The notes beneath the pieces were generated by a model. That model saw nothing but the letters and a program-made list of their open reading frames with translations. It did no database searches and was not told the DNA's origin. 64,000 bases of DNA, taken from positions 23,436,001-23,500,000 of the forward strand of contig NC_086108.1 in the NCBI RefSeq assembly GCF_963921235.1, in the 5' to 3' direction. Shown here in pieces: positions 11,057-24,560 of this stretch. Every line of letters begins with the position of its first letter. Positions within the stretch are counted from its first letter, which is position 1. The DNA comes from Mobula hypostoma. Taxonomy: Eukaryota. The position numbers were made by a program, and so were the translations under genes.

Positions 11057-14000
11057 TTCTGGGGCGCCTAGGGGCGACTCGAATAGCAGCAGTACTCTCA
11101 ATGGATACCATTAAATATTCTCATTTCAGCCTGATACAGCTAAAAAGCACAACTGCTTCCAAGGTCAGTACAGTCAACAAAGATGTATTAGTGCATTTAA
11201 ACGGACTACCGCTGCTGAAAACTGACAGAAACAACTCTGACTATGGACGAAGGTGCCCACAGAAGCAACATGGCCATAGATCGGGGTTACAAATGCATTT
11301 AAGGAAACAGGGTCTTAAACTCCCAATACCTACTATCTTGCTGGCAAATGTGCAGTCTCTGGTGAATAAAATCGATGATCTCAGAGTTAGGGTGTTGAAT
11401 CAGAGGGACATTAGGACCACATGTGTCTTTTGTTTCACAGAATCCTGGTTAAACCGTTCTGTACCGGATGCAGTGATTCAGATTGATGGGTTTACTATAC
11501 ACCGTCAGGATAGATCTATAGAGTCTCTCAAAAGCAGTGGTGGAGGGGTATGCCTCATGATCAACTCTTCTTAGTGCACAAATATATCAGGGCTGTCCCA
11601 ATTCTGCTCACCAGACCTGGAATATCTAGCAGTTAAGTGCCGTCCTTTTTACCTACCACGGGAGTTCTCTGGGGTCATTTTGGTAGCAGTTTACGTTCCA
11701 CCTTAGGCTTTAGTCAGATCATCAATCGGGCTTTAGATGATCTGAGCAATAGGATCAACGTGCACAAAACAGTGCATCCTAACACCTTCTCCATTGTTTT
11801 GGGAGATTTTAACTAGTCCAGTCTGAAAAAATCACTAAGCAATTACCATTTACAGGCCACTTGCAATACCAGAGGAAACAACACACTGGACCATTGCTAT
11901 ACCACCATCAAGAATACCTACTGTGCTATTCCATGCCCTCACTTCGGGAAGTCTGGTCACCTGGCTGTATTTCTACTCCCTGAGTATAGGCAGAGACTGA
12001 AGACTTCAGCACCAGTAGTGAGGACCAGGAAGGTATGAACAAGGGAATCATAGGAGCGCCTGCAGGATTGCTTTGAATCCAGTGGACTGGACTGTATTCA
12101 GCGATTCATCTTCGAACTTGGATGAGTATGCTGCAGTTGTTACTGACTTCATTAAAACCTGTGTGGATGAGTGTGTACCCACAAAGACTTACATAGAAAC
12201 TTAGAAACCCTACAGCACAATACAGGCCCTTCGGCCCACTAAGTTGTGCCGAACTTATCCCCACTGTAGAAATTACTAGGCTTACCTATAGCCCGCTATT
12301 TTTCTAAGCTCCATGTACCTATCCAAAAGTCCCTTAAAAGACCCTGTCGTATCTGCCTCCACCACCGTTGCTGGCCGCCCATTTCATGCACTCACCACTC
12401 TCTGAGTAAAAAACTTACCGCTGACATCTCCTCTGTACCTACTCCCCAGCACCTTAAACCTGTGTCCTCTTGTGGCAACCATTTCAGCCCTGGGAAAAAG
12501 TCTCTGACTATCCACATGATCAATGCCTCTCATCATCTTATACACCTCTATCAGGTCACCTCTCATCCTCTGTTGCTCCAAGGAGAAAAGGCTGTACATT
12601 CCTAAACCAAAAGCCATGGATGAATCAGGAGGTACGTCGTCAGCTGAAGGCATTCAAGTCTGGTGATCCAGGCCTGTACCAGAAAACCAGGTATGATTTT
12701 CCGAGGGCTATTTCAAGGGCAAAGAGACAATTTTGAATGAGGTTGGAGGCGACATCAGATACACAACAACTCTGGCAGGGCTTGCAAGACATTACATTAC
12801 TTCCGTCAAAGCAAAACCCAATAGCATGAATGGTAGCAATGCTTCACTACCAGAGGAACTCAACGCCTTCTATGCCCGTTTGAAAGGGAGAATACAACTA
12901 CAGCTGTGAAGATCCCTGCTACACCTGATGACCCTGTCTCAGAGGCTGATGTTAGACTGTCTTTAAAGAGAGTGAACTCTCGCAAGACGGAAGGTCCCGA
13001 TGGAGTACTTGGTAAGGCTCTGAAAACCTATGCCAACCAATTGGCAGGAGTATTCAAGGACATTTTCAACCTCTCACTGCTACAGGTGGAAGTTCCCATA
13101 TACTTCAAAAAGGGAGCAATTATACCAGTGCCTAAGAAGAATAATATGAGCTGCCTTAATGATGAAATGCTTTGAAAGCTTGTTCATAACTAGACTGAAC
13201 TCCTGCTTCAGCAAGGAACTGGACACATTGCAATTTGCCTATCGCCACAATAGGTCGATGGCAGATGCAATTTCAATGGCTCTTCAAGCAGCTTTAGACC
13301 ACCTGGACAACATAAACACCAATGTCAGGATGCTGTTCATCGACTATAGCTCAGCATTTAATACTATCATTTCCACAATCCTGATTGAGAAGTTGCAGAA
13401 CCTGATCTCTGTACCTCCCTCTGCAACTGGATCCTCGACTTTCTAACCACAAGACCACAATCTGTGCAGATTGGTGATAACATCTCCTTCTCGCTGACAA
13501 TCAACACTGGTGCACCTCAGGGGTGTGTGCTTAGCCCACTGCTCTACTCTCTATATACCCATGACTTTGTGGCTAGGCATAGCTCAAATACCATCTATAA
13601 ATTTGCTGACGTACAACCATTGTTGGTAGAATCTCAGGTGGTGACAAGAGGATGTACAGGAGTGAGATATGCCAGCTAGTGGAGTGGTGCCACAGCAACA
13701 ACCTGGCACTCAACGTCAGTAAGATGAAAGAGCTGAATGTGGACTTCCGGAAGGGTAAGACAAAGGAACATGTACCAATCCTCATAGAGGGATCAGAAGT
13801 GGAGAGAGTGAGCAGTTTCAAGTTCTTGGGTGTCAAGATCTCTGAGGATCTAACCTAGTCCCAACATATTGATGTAGTCATAAAGAAGGCAAGACAGCAG
13901 CTATACTTTATTAGGAGTTTGAAGAGATTTGGCATGTCAACAAATACACTCAAAAACTTATTTGTTGTACCGTGGAGAGCATTCTGACAGGCTGCATCAT

Positions 14001-14522
14001 TGGGCGGGGGTGGGGCGGTGGCTACTGCACAGGACCAAAAGAAGCTGCAGAGGGTTGTAAATTTAGTCCGCTCCATCTTGGGTACTAGCCTGCAAAGTAC
14101 CCAGGACATCTTCAGGGAGCAGTGTCTCAGAAAGGCAGCGTCCATTATTAAGGACCTCTAGCACCCAGGGCATGCCCTTTCTCACTGTTACCATCAGGAA
14201 GGAGATACAGAAGTCTGAAGGCACACACTCAGCAATTCAGGAACAGCTTCTTCCCCTCTGCCATCCGATTCCTAAATGGACATTGAACCCTTGGACACTA
14301 CCTCACTCTTTTTTAATATATAGTATTTCTGTTTTTTGCACGATTTTTAATCTATTCAATATAAGTATACTGTATAAAGTGTACTAAATAAGATTTACTT
14401 ATCTATTTATCTATTTATTTTTTATTTTTTTTTCTTCTTCTATATTATGTTGAACTGCTGCTGCTAAGTTAACAAATTTCATGTCACATGCTGGTGATAA
14501 TAAACCTGATTCTGATTCTGAT
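11057..14522 (+). mobile_element. Near full-length decayed Rex1/Babar-clade LINE (APE endonuclease + RT)
   Basis: PTILLANVQSLVNKIDDL...CFTESWL (APE), [40 protein letters not shown] and KFAD. Many stops and frameshifts. Tail aataaacctgattctgattctgat. Confidence 0.88.
12192..12591 (-). mobile_element. CR1 3' fragment nested in the Rex/Babar LINE
   Basis: Tail catagaaacttagaaac. Translates LFSLEQQRMRGDLIEVYKMMRG...FFTQRVV. Host sequence rejoins as aaagactta|ctgtacattcc. Confidence 0.88.
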
Positions 14523-15109
14523 GTTCTTATTTAACTTTGCTGTCATCTTCAGAGATCCTGAGACTTATTCACCTCAGTCCCTCGGCTCTTAAATTCTTCC
14601 CAGCGCCCTAACTTTCGTAATGTAAATTTTCATTCTCTTACAGTGAAACATATTCAGGGATTCTGGGACTTTACTCCAAGATCACTGTTTCTCAGTTCTC
14701 CTGGGAGTCCAGTGATTCACTGTGCTTGTCCTCCTCTTCCTGAAGTGCATCATCTTATGTCTATCAGTATTAAATTCTTTCTGATGTTGCTCTGCATCTT
14801 ACTGACTCATGAATGTTATCCTGTGACCTCACTATCAACTGCTCCACCAATTGTCATGTCACTTACAAACATTCCAATCATACTAACTGCTTTGTAACGA
14901 ACAGTAAGTATTCCAGCACTGATTCTTGTGGTTCTCTGACAAGGTTTGTTAATCACTTCTGGCAAGGGCCCTGTGGTTCTTTTCATTACATTAGGCATAA
15001 TGTAGGAACATGCATTATTATTATAAATGTGTTTCAGCAGCATTCTATTTGTTTGCTGTGCTTAGTATGGCACACTGCAGTTAGTTAAGTTTCAGTGATG
15101 TGAAGAGTG

Positions 15110-18100
15110 TGTTATTATCTGTGCATAATAAAGAACTTCGGTTCCCAGTGGGCAATGTGAGCGGTTCACCCGGAACTGGAAGCTACAATGGTGAGCGGCT
15201 AACACAGTGGAACATCAGTTCGTAATAAAATGTTCTCATGTAAACCCATGCCAGGTTTGTCTTTATGAAGAACAAACATAAAATGGTGTCAAAAGTTGGC
15301 ATGAGGTCTGAACACGGGGAGTAAATGAATAACCTGTGTGACTGAGAAAGAGACTGCATGAGTACGAAAGGCATTAGCAGCAAGTGACGGAGAGAAGCTG
15401 GCCAGTGAGGCGAGAGAGCACGTTGTGCAGTGACTGAATTCACCAAGAGAGATTCGGGTTGAGAGTTCCCGTCTTGGATAAGCACTTCCTCTTGCACTTA
15501 TATGGTTTAACGGCAATTCAATCAGCGATTTATTCATATTTAGCTGCTAGTGGAGTGGGAGGGACCAATGAAAAATTGAAAGCATCTATTTTTCTGCATG
15601 TAATTGGTGAAGATGCTTTGGAAGTTTATAACAGCTTTCAAATTGATTAGACAGATTTTATGTTTGACACTCTGATGACAAAATTTTGTTCACAAGAGAA
15701 ACATCAAGTCTGAGAGAAGTTTTTTCCCTCTGACCAGAAACAAGATGTTAGCTTTGACCAATACTTGGCCAAGCTAATTTGGAGATTTGTGAAACTCACC
15801 AGTTGGAGACAGAGTAGTTTGCAGAATTCCAAATAAAAGGGTCAGAGAAAGACTGCTGAGTGAAAAAGATTTGACACTGGAAATGGCTGTGAATATGGGT
15901 AGGGCTGCAAAGACCATATGACCACAAGCTAAGGAGCCTTCAGAGCAGGCAAACAGTGCGTATTGTGAAAACTGGAGCAGTGCACAAGGTGTTTCCCAAA
16001 TCTGTTATCCATGATTACGAGACTCTCACAGAAAACAGCAAGATTTACCCAGTGAAGTTAAAAGTTACAAGCTATACTGGTGAGAATGTTCCAGTAAAAG
16101 GGGCCTGTATAGTGACCTTCAAGCACAAGGGGCCATACCTAAAGGCACAGCCTAGAGATTGTAGAAAAGAGAGTACAGCCAATATGCCAGTGCATGTGAA
16201 AAGCTCAACCTGGTGAAAAAAGTTTTTGCAGTGCCTTCACAGACCAAAGATGATCACCCAGCACTCATGGAAGAGTACGCAGGTGTCTTTGAGGGGCTCG
16301 GATGCTTACCTGGTGTACACAAAATCCATGTAGATGAGACAGTAGCTCCTGTTGTCCATCCATCCACTTAAGAGACAAACTTAAACAAGAACAAGCATGC
16401 ATGGAATGGATGAATGTCATACAGAAAATTAAAGAACCAACAGATTGGGTGAGCTTACTAGTTATTGTGCAAAAGAAAAATGGAGCATTGCGGATATTTA
16501 TAGACCCAAGAGATCTCAATAAAGTCATCAAGAGAAGGCATTTTAAATTGCCAACTTGGGGGTAGATCATGTCCTGGTTTGCAGTTGCCAAGTGGTTTAG
16601 CATGTTGGATGCGATATCTGGGTTTTGGCAGATGAAGCTTGATGAGATAAGTTTGAGACTATATATTTTTAACACACCACAGGGAAGATATTGCTTTCTT
16701 TGGCTGCCATATGGGATTCTGTCTGCACATGAGGTCTCCAATAAAACCATCCACGTGATCTTTGAGGGCATAGCTGGTTTTGAGACCATAATGGATGACA
16801 TCATTGTCTGGGGGTCCACCAATGATGAACATGATACCTTACTGAGACAATTGCTGGATGTGACACGAAATAGCAATTTGCAAATAAGTAAGGAGAAATG
16901 TGAGTTAGGGGCTGTGACACTAATCTTCAAAGGAGATGTTATATCTGAAGAGGGTGAAGTGTCAGCCATTGAAAACACTGAGAAGCCTCAAAACAAAGAG
17001 GAGACATTCCTCGGAGATGGTGACTTACCTGACTAAGTTCACCCCTCGACTGTCAATTGTGTCAGCACTACTTAGGACACTCCTTGAGTAGAGAAATGAG
17101 TGGATTTGGTCTCTTGAGCAAAAAGAGTGTTTCCAGAAAAGAGTCATAACTGAAGAGCCCATGCTGAAGTTTCATGATCCGGAATGGCGTACTAGGGTCT
17201 TGGCCGATGTGTCCCGGTATGGCCTTGGAGCAGTACTACCGTAGTGGCGTGATGATACATGGCCTATGTATTAAAGGCTTTAATGAGTGCAGAGGCCAAC
17301 TATGCACAGATAGCGAAAGAATTTCTCACCAGCACATATGCATGTGAAAGGTTTCATCAAGCTTTTGCAGTGGAGACAGACCATAAACCACTGGTCTCAA
17401 TTACATTCAAACCCCTGTATGACTGTCCCATGAGGATACTGTGCATGTTGATAAGGCTGCAGAAATATGATGTGAAGATGACCTACACTCCGGGAAAATA
17501 TATGATTGCTGCAGGTGCACTGTCTCGAGCAGTTCACAAGAAGGAAAAGAGTGACCAGGAGGTGAATGCAGATATACAGTGCTACGTTGACATGATTGTC
17601 ACCTTCCTTCCAGTATTGGCCAAGAGAACAGAGCAGATTAGAAAAGCAGCAGGAACAGATGAAACAATAAAAGTACTCAAAGATACAATATGAAAAGGAT
17701 GGCAAGCTGCTAAGCATGACTGTCTAATGTGTATTCGGGATTATTGGGCATGCAAAGCTGAACTGTCAGTAGTGAAAGGTATGATCTTCAAAGGGAACAG
17801 ATTTGTGATTCCAGTGTCACTACGCAAGGAAATGCTCCAGAAAAGATATGAGGGGCATAGAGCTTGTGAAGTGATATGCTGGCCAACAATGAAGCAAGAC
17901 ATCAGCTTCACGTGAAATGTGCCTTACCAACAGACCAAAGCAGCAAGCAAAACTGCTTACACCACACCCTGGACCAGTCAAGCCAAATCTCAAAGTTGGA
18001 GTGGACTTGTCTGATTGTAATGGGAAGAGTCATACTGTTGTAACAGACTACTCTTACAATTACCCAGAGGTTACGACACTGCAATCAGACGTGAGGTCCA

Positions 18101-19223
18101 CAGTTTTGGAACTGCGAGCGTGAATCCTATGGTAATGTTTGGGGGGGTTTTGACATATAACTTCAAGCCCACATCACCCAAAACCTAATGTTCTAGCAGG
18201 GAGTTCGGTCGAGGTAGTGAAGGGCCTCATGAAGAGAGCATGATGGACAAGAGGATTTCCACAAAAGTCTAATGAAAACTAATGAAGGTCCCAATGCAGA
18301 ATGGCCTTTCAATGGCCCAAATGTTGATGGATCAATGTATATGCGTTAACCTTCCAGTGCACGAAAACCTGTTGACAGCTAAAGGAGCACACAGGGTCAG
18401 ATTGGGAGCAGAAGCAGTGTCACAACAAGACTGCAAAAAGCCTACCAGTCCTGAAGTCTGGAGACCAAGTGCAAATCTGAGATCACGATTCTGCCACATG
18501 GTCCATGCAAGGATATATGCAAGAGGAGGTAGCTTTGCACACCTAACAGATCCAGATGGAGCGAGAGGCACCACTGAGAAGGAACTGTGTGAATCTACAA
18601 CCACAAGCTTCAAGCCATATCTGTGACATATCACCTGTCAGTACACCAAAAGGGCCAGCAGACGTAAAAAATGAACATGTTGATCAGAGTTCTCAGAAAG
18701 ACACAAATATTATTACAACAAATAAATGAAATAAATGCCAACATTGCATTTGCCTTCTTTACCATAGACTCAACTTGTAAATTAACTTGGGAGTTTTGCA
18801 CGAGGACTTCCAAGTCCAGCTGCACCTCTGCTGTTTGAACCTTCTCCCCATTTAGAAAATAGTCCACACTATTGTTCGTTTTACCAAAAGGCATTACCAT
18901 ACATTTCGCAACACTGTATTCCATCTGCCGCTTTTTTGCCCCTTCTGATTCCTGCAGCAATTGCATTGCTTCCTCAGTACTACCTAGCCCTCAGTCTATC
19001 TTTGTATTATCTGCAAACTTTGTCAGAAAGCCATCAATTCCGCTATCTAAATCATTGACAATGTGAAAAGTAGCAGACCCAATACTGACCCTTGAGGAAC
19101 ACCTCTAGTCACCATACCATGGAGAGTGGATGACACTCACTCAGTATGGAGCAGCATCTCAGTAATAAAATGTTCTAACATAAACCCATGCCAAGTATGT
19201 CTTTAATAAGAACAAACATAATA
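15110..19223 (+). mobile_element. Decayed Ty3/Gypsy LTR retrotransposon
   Basis: LTR 3' part is repeated (gtaataaaatgttct...taaacccatgcca...aagaacaaacataa ending near 15283 and 19223). PBS-like tggtgtcaaaagt at 15284. Domains in RT-RH-IN order: gag FLHVIGEDALEVYNSF, RT LDAISGFWQ/FNTPQGRY/IMDDIIVWG, RNase H NYAQIAKE/TDHKPL, then integrase remnants. The 5' boundary is approximate. Confidence 0.85.
18720..19113 (-). mobile_element. Internal CR1 RT fragment interrupting the Gypsy 3' end
   Basis: Translates QMEYSVAKCMVM...VKKANAMLAFIS, with a GVPQG motif near 19090-19105. Confidence 0.8.
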
Positions 19224-19596
19224 AAGAAGATAGTGCTGCATCTTACAGAAACAATTCACAATGCATAGTCAAAGTTAAATAGATTGTATCTGCAAATTGC
19301 TGTCAGGTTTTAGAGGCTTTGTGTGCATATGTGTCTTTCTGTGACTTTGACAGTTACTTTTTGGTGTTAAAAATACTCCACTGGAAAGCATTGAAGAGGA
19401 ACAAAGTGTACTCATTACATAAAAGGCAGGATACATTCCTGTGTTTGTAAAATTATTATTTTATTGAATTTCATTTTGGAGCCAAATGCACTCGCAGTGC
19501 CTGCCAATTGGATACCATATTCCAGGCACAGAAAAATAAATGGTAACCCATGAGCCTACCAAATGAAAAAGCAGCCCTAGGCAACTGAATGGAAAC

Positions 19597-19700
19597 ATAA
19601 ACAAGAGAAAATCTGCAGATGCTGGAGGAACTCAGCAGGCTAGGCAGTATCTATGGAAAAGAGTCCAGTCGATGTTTTCGGCGAAACCCTTCAGCAGGAC
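19597..19700 (-). repeat. Short decayed Penelope terminal-repeat copy with a mutated hammerhead
   Basis: aatctgcagatgctggaggaactcagcagg...cagtcgatgttttcggcgaaacccttcagcaggac is homologous to 5491-5622; the core reads CUGCUGA. Confidence 0.7.
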
Positions 19701-20682
19701 ATGAATATATCCAGGTTCTTTATGGCTTGGTGTCAAGTAAGCGACCTTGTCAAAAACTGAACCAAAGCTGCTTCATCTTTGAAATGGAATGTTTCTCCTC
19801 ACAGTCTGGTGGCCTTTATACAACTCATGGTTCTGAAAGCTATGCAACTGATGGAGCAGAATTTGCGGCAGGAATAAAACTAACTGCACCGAAGAAAAGG
19901 ATGAACTTGACTTGTGCAGGCTTTCAAGAACTTCTGGAAATATATGGGAAAAATATTAATATTGGGCCTTGCACAGTTTAAGAGCTCTTCCACCATAATG
20001 TGATCTGCTGGAGGGAGAGTCAAAACAAACCCTCACCCCTCACCCTACTCCCTACAAAAGGGAGGGAAGTATCATCTTACAGGTAAGCTTATCAAATCAT
20101 TGAAACTTCCTGTACGTCCAAAACCAGAAGAAATTAAATGAATTAAAAGGCAGACATGGAAGGAAGAACCAAACATTGAACCTTAATACCTTGTACCATG
20201 GACATTTAAGAGATTCTTAGATAGGTTCAACATTGTGGGCCAAAGGGCCCATACTGTGCTCTACTGATGTATGTTCAATGTTAAATGAATGATCCATCAT
20301 TGAGTTAAAAAATTTAAAAAAATTAAATCCAAACCTTAATAAATAAAGTACCACTTTACCTGAAGCCCTTGTAGCCATTGTCATTCATCAAAATTACAAG
20401 GAAAGGACCAGTCTAGAAAGGAACCTACTGCAGGTTCCTTTTGTGAGAATGAGACACAAGTACAGAGCACTTTACCCAAGTTCCTGTACCAATACTCTAG
20501 TTCTTGAGAAGTACAGTACAGAATGGCATTCACCTCCCAATGTGAAAAAGCTTGCAGCAATTTCCTGACTTTGCAATTTGCATGTGTGTTGGGGGAAATA
20601 TGGAAATTACCATCACTGGTTCATTTTTGCAGTTCAACTACCTGACAGAATCCTAGTATTGTCATTAATGCCAAAGGTTCCA

Positions 20683-21500
20683 AAGGATGTAAAACTGGGC
20701 TGAAAAGTGGCAGATGGAGTTCAACCCAGATAAGTGTGAAGTGGTTCATTTGGGTTGTTCAAATAAGATGGCAGAATATAGTATTAATGATAAGACTCTT
20801 GGCAGTGTGGAGGATCAGAGGAATCTTGGGGTCCAAGTCCATAGGACGCTCAAAGCAGCTGCACAGATTGACTCTGGTTAAGAAGGCATACGGTGTTTTG
20901 GCCTTTATTAATCATGGAATTGAGTTTAGGAGCTAAGAGGTAATGTTGCAGCTACATAGTACCCTGGTCAGAACCCACTTGGAGTACTGTGCTCAGTTCT
21001 GGTCGCCTCACTATAGGAAAGGTGTGGAAGCCATAGAAGGGGTGCAGAGGAGATTTACATGCCTTATGAAAACAGGTTGAGTGAACTCGGCCTTTTCTCC
21101 TTGGAACGGAGGAGGACGAGAGGTGACCTGATAGAGAGGCATATAAGATGATGAGAGGCATTGATTGTGTGGATAGTCAGAGGCCTTTTCCCAGGGCTGA
21201 AATGGTTGCCACAAGAGGACACAGGTTTAAGGTGCTGGGGAGTAGGTACAGAGATGTCAGGGGTAAGTTTTTTACTCAGAGAGTAGTGAGTGTGTGGACT
21301 GGGCTGCTGGCAACGGTGGTGGAGGTGGATACGATAGGGTCTTTGAAGAGACTTTTGGATAGGTACATGGAGCTTAGAAAAATAGAGGGCTATGGTTAAG
21401 CCTAGTAATTTCTAAGGTAAGGACATGTTCAGCACAACTTTGTGGCCGAAGGGCCCGTATTGTGCTGTAGGTTTTCTATGTTTCTATGTTTTCTATGTTT
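20683..21500 (+). mobile_element. CR1 3' fragment (same subfamily as the 12192, 35396 and 56716 copies)
   Basis: VKKAYGVLAFINHGIEFRS and MMRGIDCVDSQRPFPRAEM; (TTTCTATG)n tail. Confidence 0.9.
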
Positions 21501-21917
21501 CACTGCTGAGTAGTATTCTGAGCATACTCAAGCTCTGGCATTCTGCTGGACGTGGTTGGGGTTTGGATCTGATTAGGTTCAGCAGGTCATTAGTGTGGGA
21601 GGTATTGGCACAGGAAAGTGGAGAGCTAAGTTTTCTGTTAGGGATGTAGGTGTCAGCAATAAGTATTCCTGGACAAGAAATCACAAAACAGGTAGTTGCG
21701 TAAACATCACTCGGCTCTGTATTGCACAAAATATTTAACTTGTATACCAGCCATCTCTCCATAAGGATAAGTTATGGAGGGATAGGTTCAGCTGATGTAA
21801 TGTGATTTTCAAAAGACCATAATAAGATTCCATGAGAAAAGATGTGAACAGTTGGATTATTGGGATGAATAGAGTATTAATTGAAAGCAGAGAGTGTGAA
21901 TAAATGGATCTTTTTCA

Positions 21918-22172
21918 AAAACATAAGAAAGTCTGCAGCTGCTGGAAATCCAAAGCACCACACACGTCATGCTGAAGGAACTCAGCAGGTCAGGCAAAAG
22001 CTATGGAAAAGAATAAACAGTCAATGTTTTGGGGTGAGACCCTTCTTAAATACTGAGAAGGAAGGGGGGAGATACCAGAATAAAAAGATGTGGGGAAGGG
22101 AAGGAGGTGAGCTGAAAGGTAATAGGTGAAGCCTGGTGGGTGGGAAAGGTCAAGGGCTGGAGAAGAAAGAAT
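21918..22172 (-). repeat. Decayed Penelope terminal-repeat copy
   Basis: agtctgcagctgctggaaatcc...cagtcaatgttttggggtgagacccttc followed by the purine-rich tract seen at 5630-5900. Confidence 0.65.
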
Positions 22173-22179
22173 CATTTTC

Positions 22180-23080
22180 GGGGTAGTGGGTTATAATTAG
22201 TAGTGTTGAACACGCTTCAATATTGGTGTTGGGCTTTCAAAATTTATATCAACGACTTCAATGAAAGGACTCAGTATAAGTTATGTACATTTTTCAAATG
22301 GTATAGAATTAAGCTGGAATGTGAACTTTTTATACTGACTGAAAGGTACATAGGTTAAAGAAGTGGAGGAGGGCTAAGATGTGAGAAAATGTGCAGTGTT
22401 GGATTAAAGGAGAAAATCAAAATACATTTTTAAAGATGAAAAATGGTAAATGAATGCATTGGGATCTTGGTGAGTTGCTTCATTATGTTCAGATGGTAAA
22501 CATTCTATGTATGTTGAGGAACAGAAGTATTCTGCTGGTGTGTATCGCAAAGGTTTGCAGTACAAAAGTAAGGAAGTTTTGCTATGAGGTGGTTCAGAGG
22601 TTTAGTGATTCCACCTTTGAAGTACTTAATGCAGTTTTGGCTTCTATACCTAGTTTACTTGCGCCAAGGATTTGTGCTGAGTAAGTTAACTACAGTGATT
22701 CACGGGACAGAGGGCTGTCCCATGAAGGGAATGAGCAAAATTAGCCAAGGCCAACAGTAGAGTTTGGAGGGAATCACAAGACTCTGGGTTGCATTGACCA
22801 GGTAGATGTCAACAAGCTGTTTCCCCCTGACTGGAGCCAGGTGGCACAACTTCAGGACTGGAGATCAGCCATTGAGAATTTCTGTACGGAGAGGGTTGCC
22901 AGTCTTTGAAATCCTTTTCCTTGGGTCTCTGATTTTGAGTATATATCTAGCTAAGATCAAGATATATGGGGGTGGGGGGTGGAGGTTGGCCAAAGCGCAG
23001 GATCAGCCATGAGGGTAGAGGGTAAATGACAGATCAGGTTCAAGGGAACTTGAGGCTGAAATATGCATCTATTTCTTGTG
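22180..23080 (+). mobile_element. Highly decayed CR1-like relic
   Basis: Scattered remnants (tttatatcaacgac, aatgcagttttggcttc) and a 3' UTR-like gatcagccatga. Confidence 0.45.
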
Positions 23081-24029
23081 CCTCTAAAGTTTAAGCCACA
23101 ATATAATAGAAGTAATGTTGTATAGACATTAAGCTTGTCTTGATTATGCTTTCAATTTCTGTTATGTCCATCATGTATAGCTGCAGATATAAAATATTCT
23201 TTCAAGAAAGATGATGAGGAAATCTGGCCATTGATAACCAGCTGGAACAGAGCAGGCATTTGAATCCAAACCAAATTTGGTTTACTCACCAGTTTCTAAG
23301 TAACTACAGTGACCTGATTTGCCTTTCTTGGAAAAGCAATAAAAGCACACCCCAGGCTCACAGCTAAGCATTATAAGCTAACAGCCAGACTAAGGCTTTT
23401 GATAGAAATGGCATGAAAGATCAACTAGCATTACATTAACAAATGAGCATCATTGTTCCTTTCCCAGTAAAGGGCAGTCAGAGGATTTCTAAAGGATCTC
23501 TTCCCTTCATCACTGCCACACATCCCTACCATGCCCTCATGATATGCAGACTGAGCGTACCAGTGTGCCATCTGATGAAGCAGGTGCCAACAGCAGGCTC
23601 TTGTAATACACAATGTCTTCTTCCAGCAGTGTCAAGTCTGTCCTGATGACAACCGGTCATGGTGGGGGGAGGGCCTTCTAATCCAAGCTTGCTGATTCCC
23701 CTCATACTGTGACCTGTCACTGGCCTCCTGTAGGATGTTAATTGGCTCAAGAGGGGGTATGGTAAAGCCAGAATAAGACGTCCTAGAAACATGTATTTAG
23801 TGAGTATCTGCCAAAACTGTTGCAAGACTGGCTCAAATACATAACAATCTGAGTCAGGAAAGTTCAGTTAAAGGATAAGGCTTTACCTATATGTTGTTGC
23901 AACTATCTGATATATATAACTGTGTAGCAAATTATGTATTTAAATGAAATACAAAGCAAATCAGAACACTATCAGTGCTACTACAATACTATGTCTTTGT
24001 TATTGACGGAGGAATTCATCAATGTACGT

Positions 24030-24560
24030 TACCATGTTTGGGGTGTTCAGGGAAGGGTAGCTCCTCAGGTGAAGGGGCTTGTCGTGTCCATTCTGGGACA
24101 GCTCACTCACCTGTCCGTACCAGACCTTCAGCTCTCACCTGTGGCTCCAAGTAGCTGTTTGCATGTAACACTGGCCACATCCCGGTACACCATCAGGCAG
24201 GCTAAACCAGGTGAGGGTAGCCGGCAGGCCTCATAACCCGGTGAAATAAGGACATGCGTGTCCTAGATGTGAAGTCAGCTTCAGCGGATTGGCAGATGAG
24301 ATCAACAGTGAAACCCAACGACCAAGAAGATGGTTTTTCAATGCTGCATAGAAAGCAAAGGGGCATGACAAGGCACAGAAGAAGTCATGGTGATCCACTG
24401 CAACCAAGGAAGACCCCAGTTTGTGACAACTACTCGTACCACTGAACCCCGACTTCTGAGGTCGAGGAAGTGGAACTGTCCCAGTGCGACGACTTTTCTA
24501 CTTTAAAGTCTCTCCTGCATAGGTTTTGCTATCATCGTCAGATGTGATGGACAACCAACC
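24030..24560. repeat. Unclassified GC-richer non-coding interspersed element
   Basis: Sharp compositional change from AT-rich flanks. ggtgaaggggcttg resembles recalled RTE-clade 5' UTR starts. No ORF. Confidence 0.3.

Noticed and set aside
16265..16978. 237-aa minus-strand ORF
   Set aside because: It is the antisense shadow of the Gypsy RT.
19619..19981. 120-aa ORF
   Set aside because: It starts inside a Penelope terminal remnant, and the rest shows no domain or splice support.
24293..24315. CAGATGA...GAAAC resembling a hammerhead core
   Set aside because: The core is CAGAUGA, with no convincing stem II or stem I pairing.
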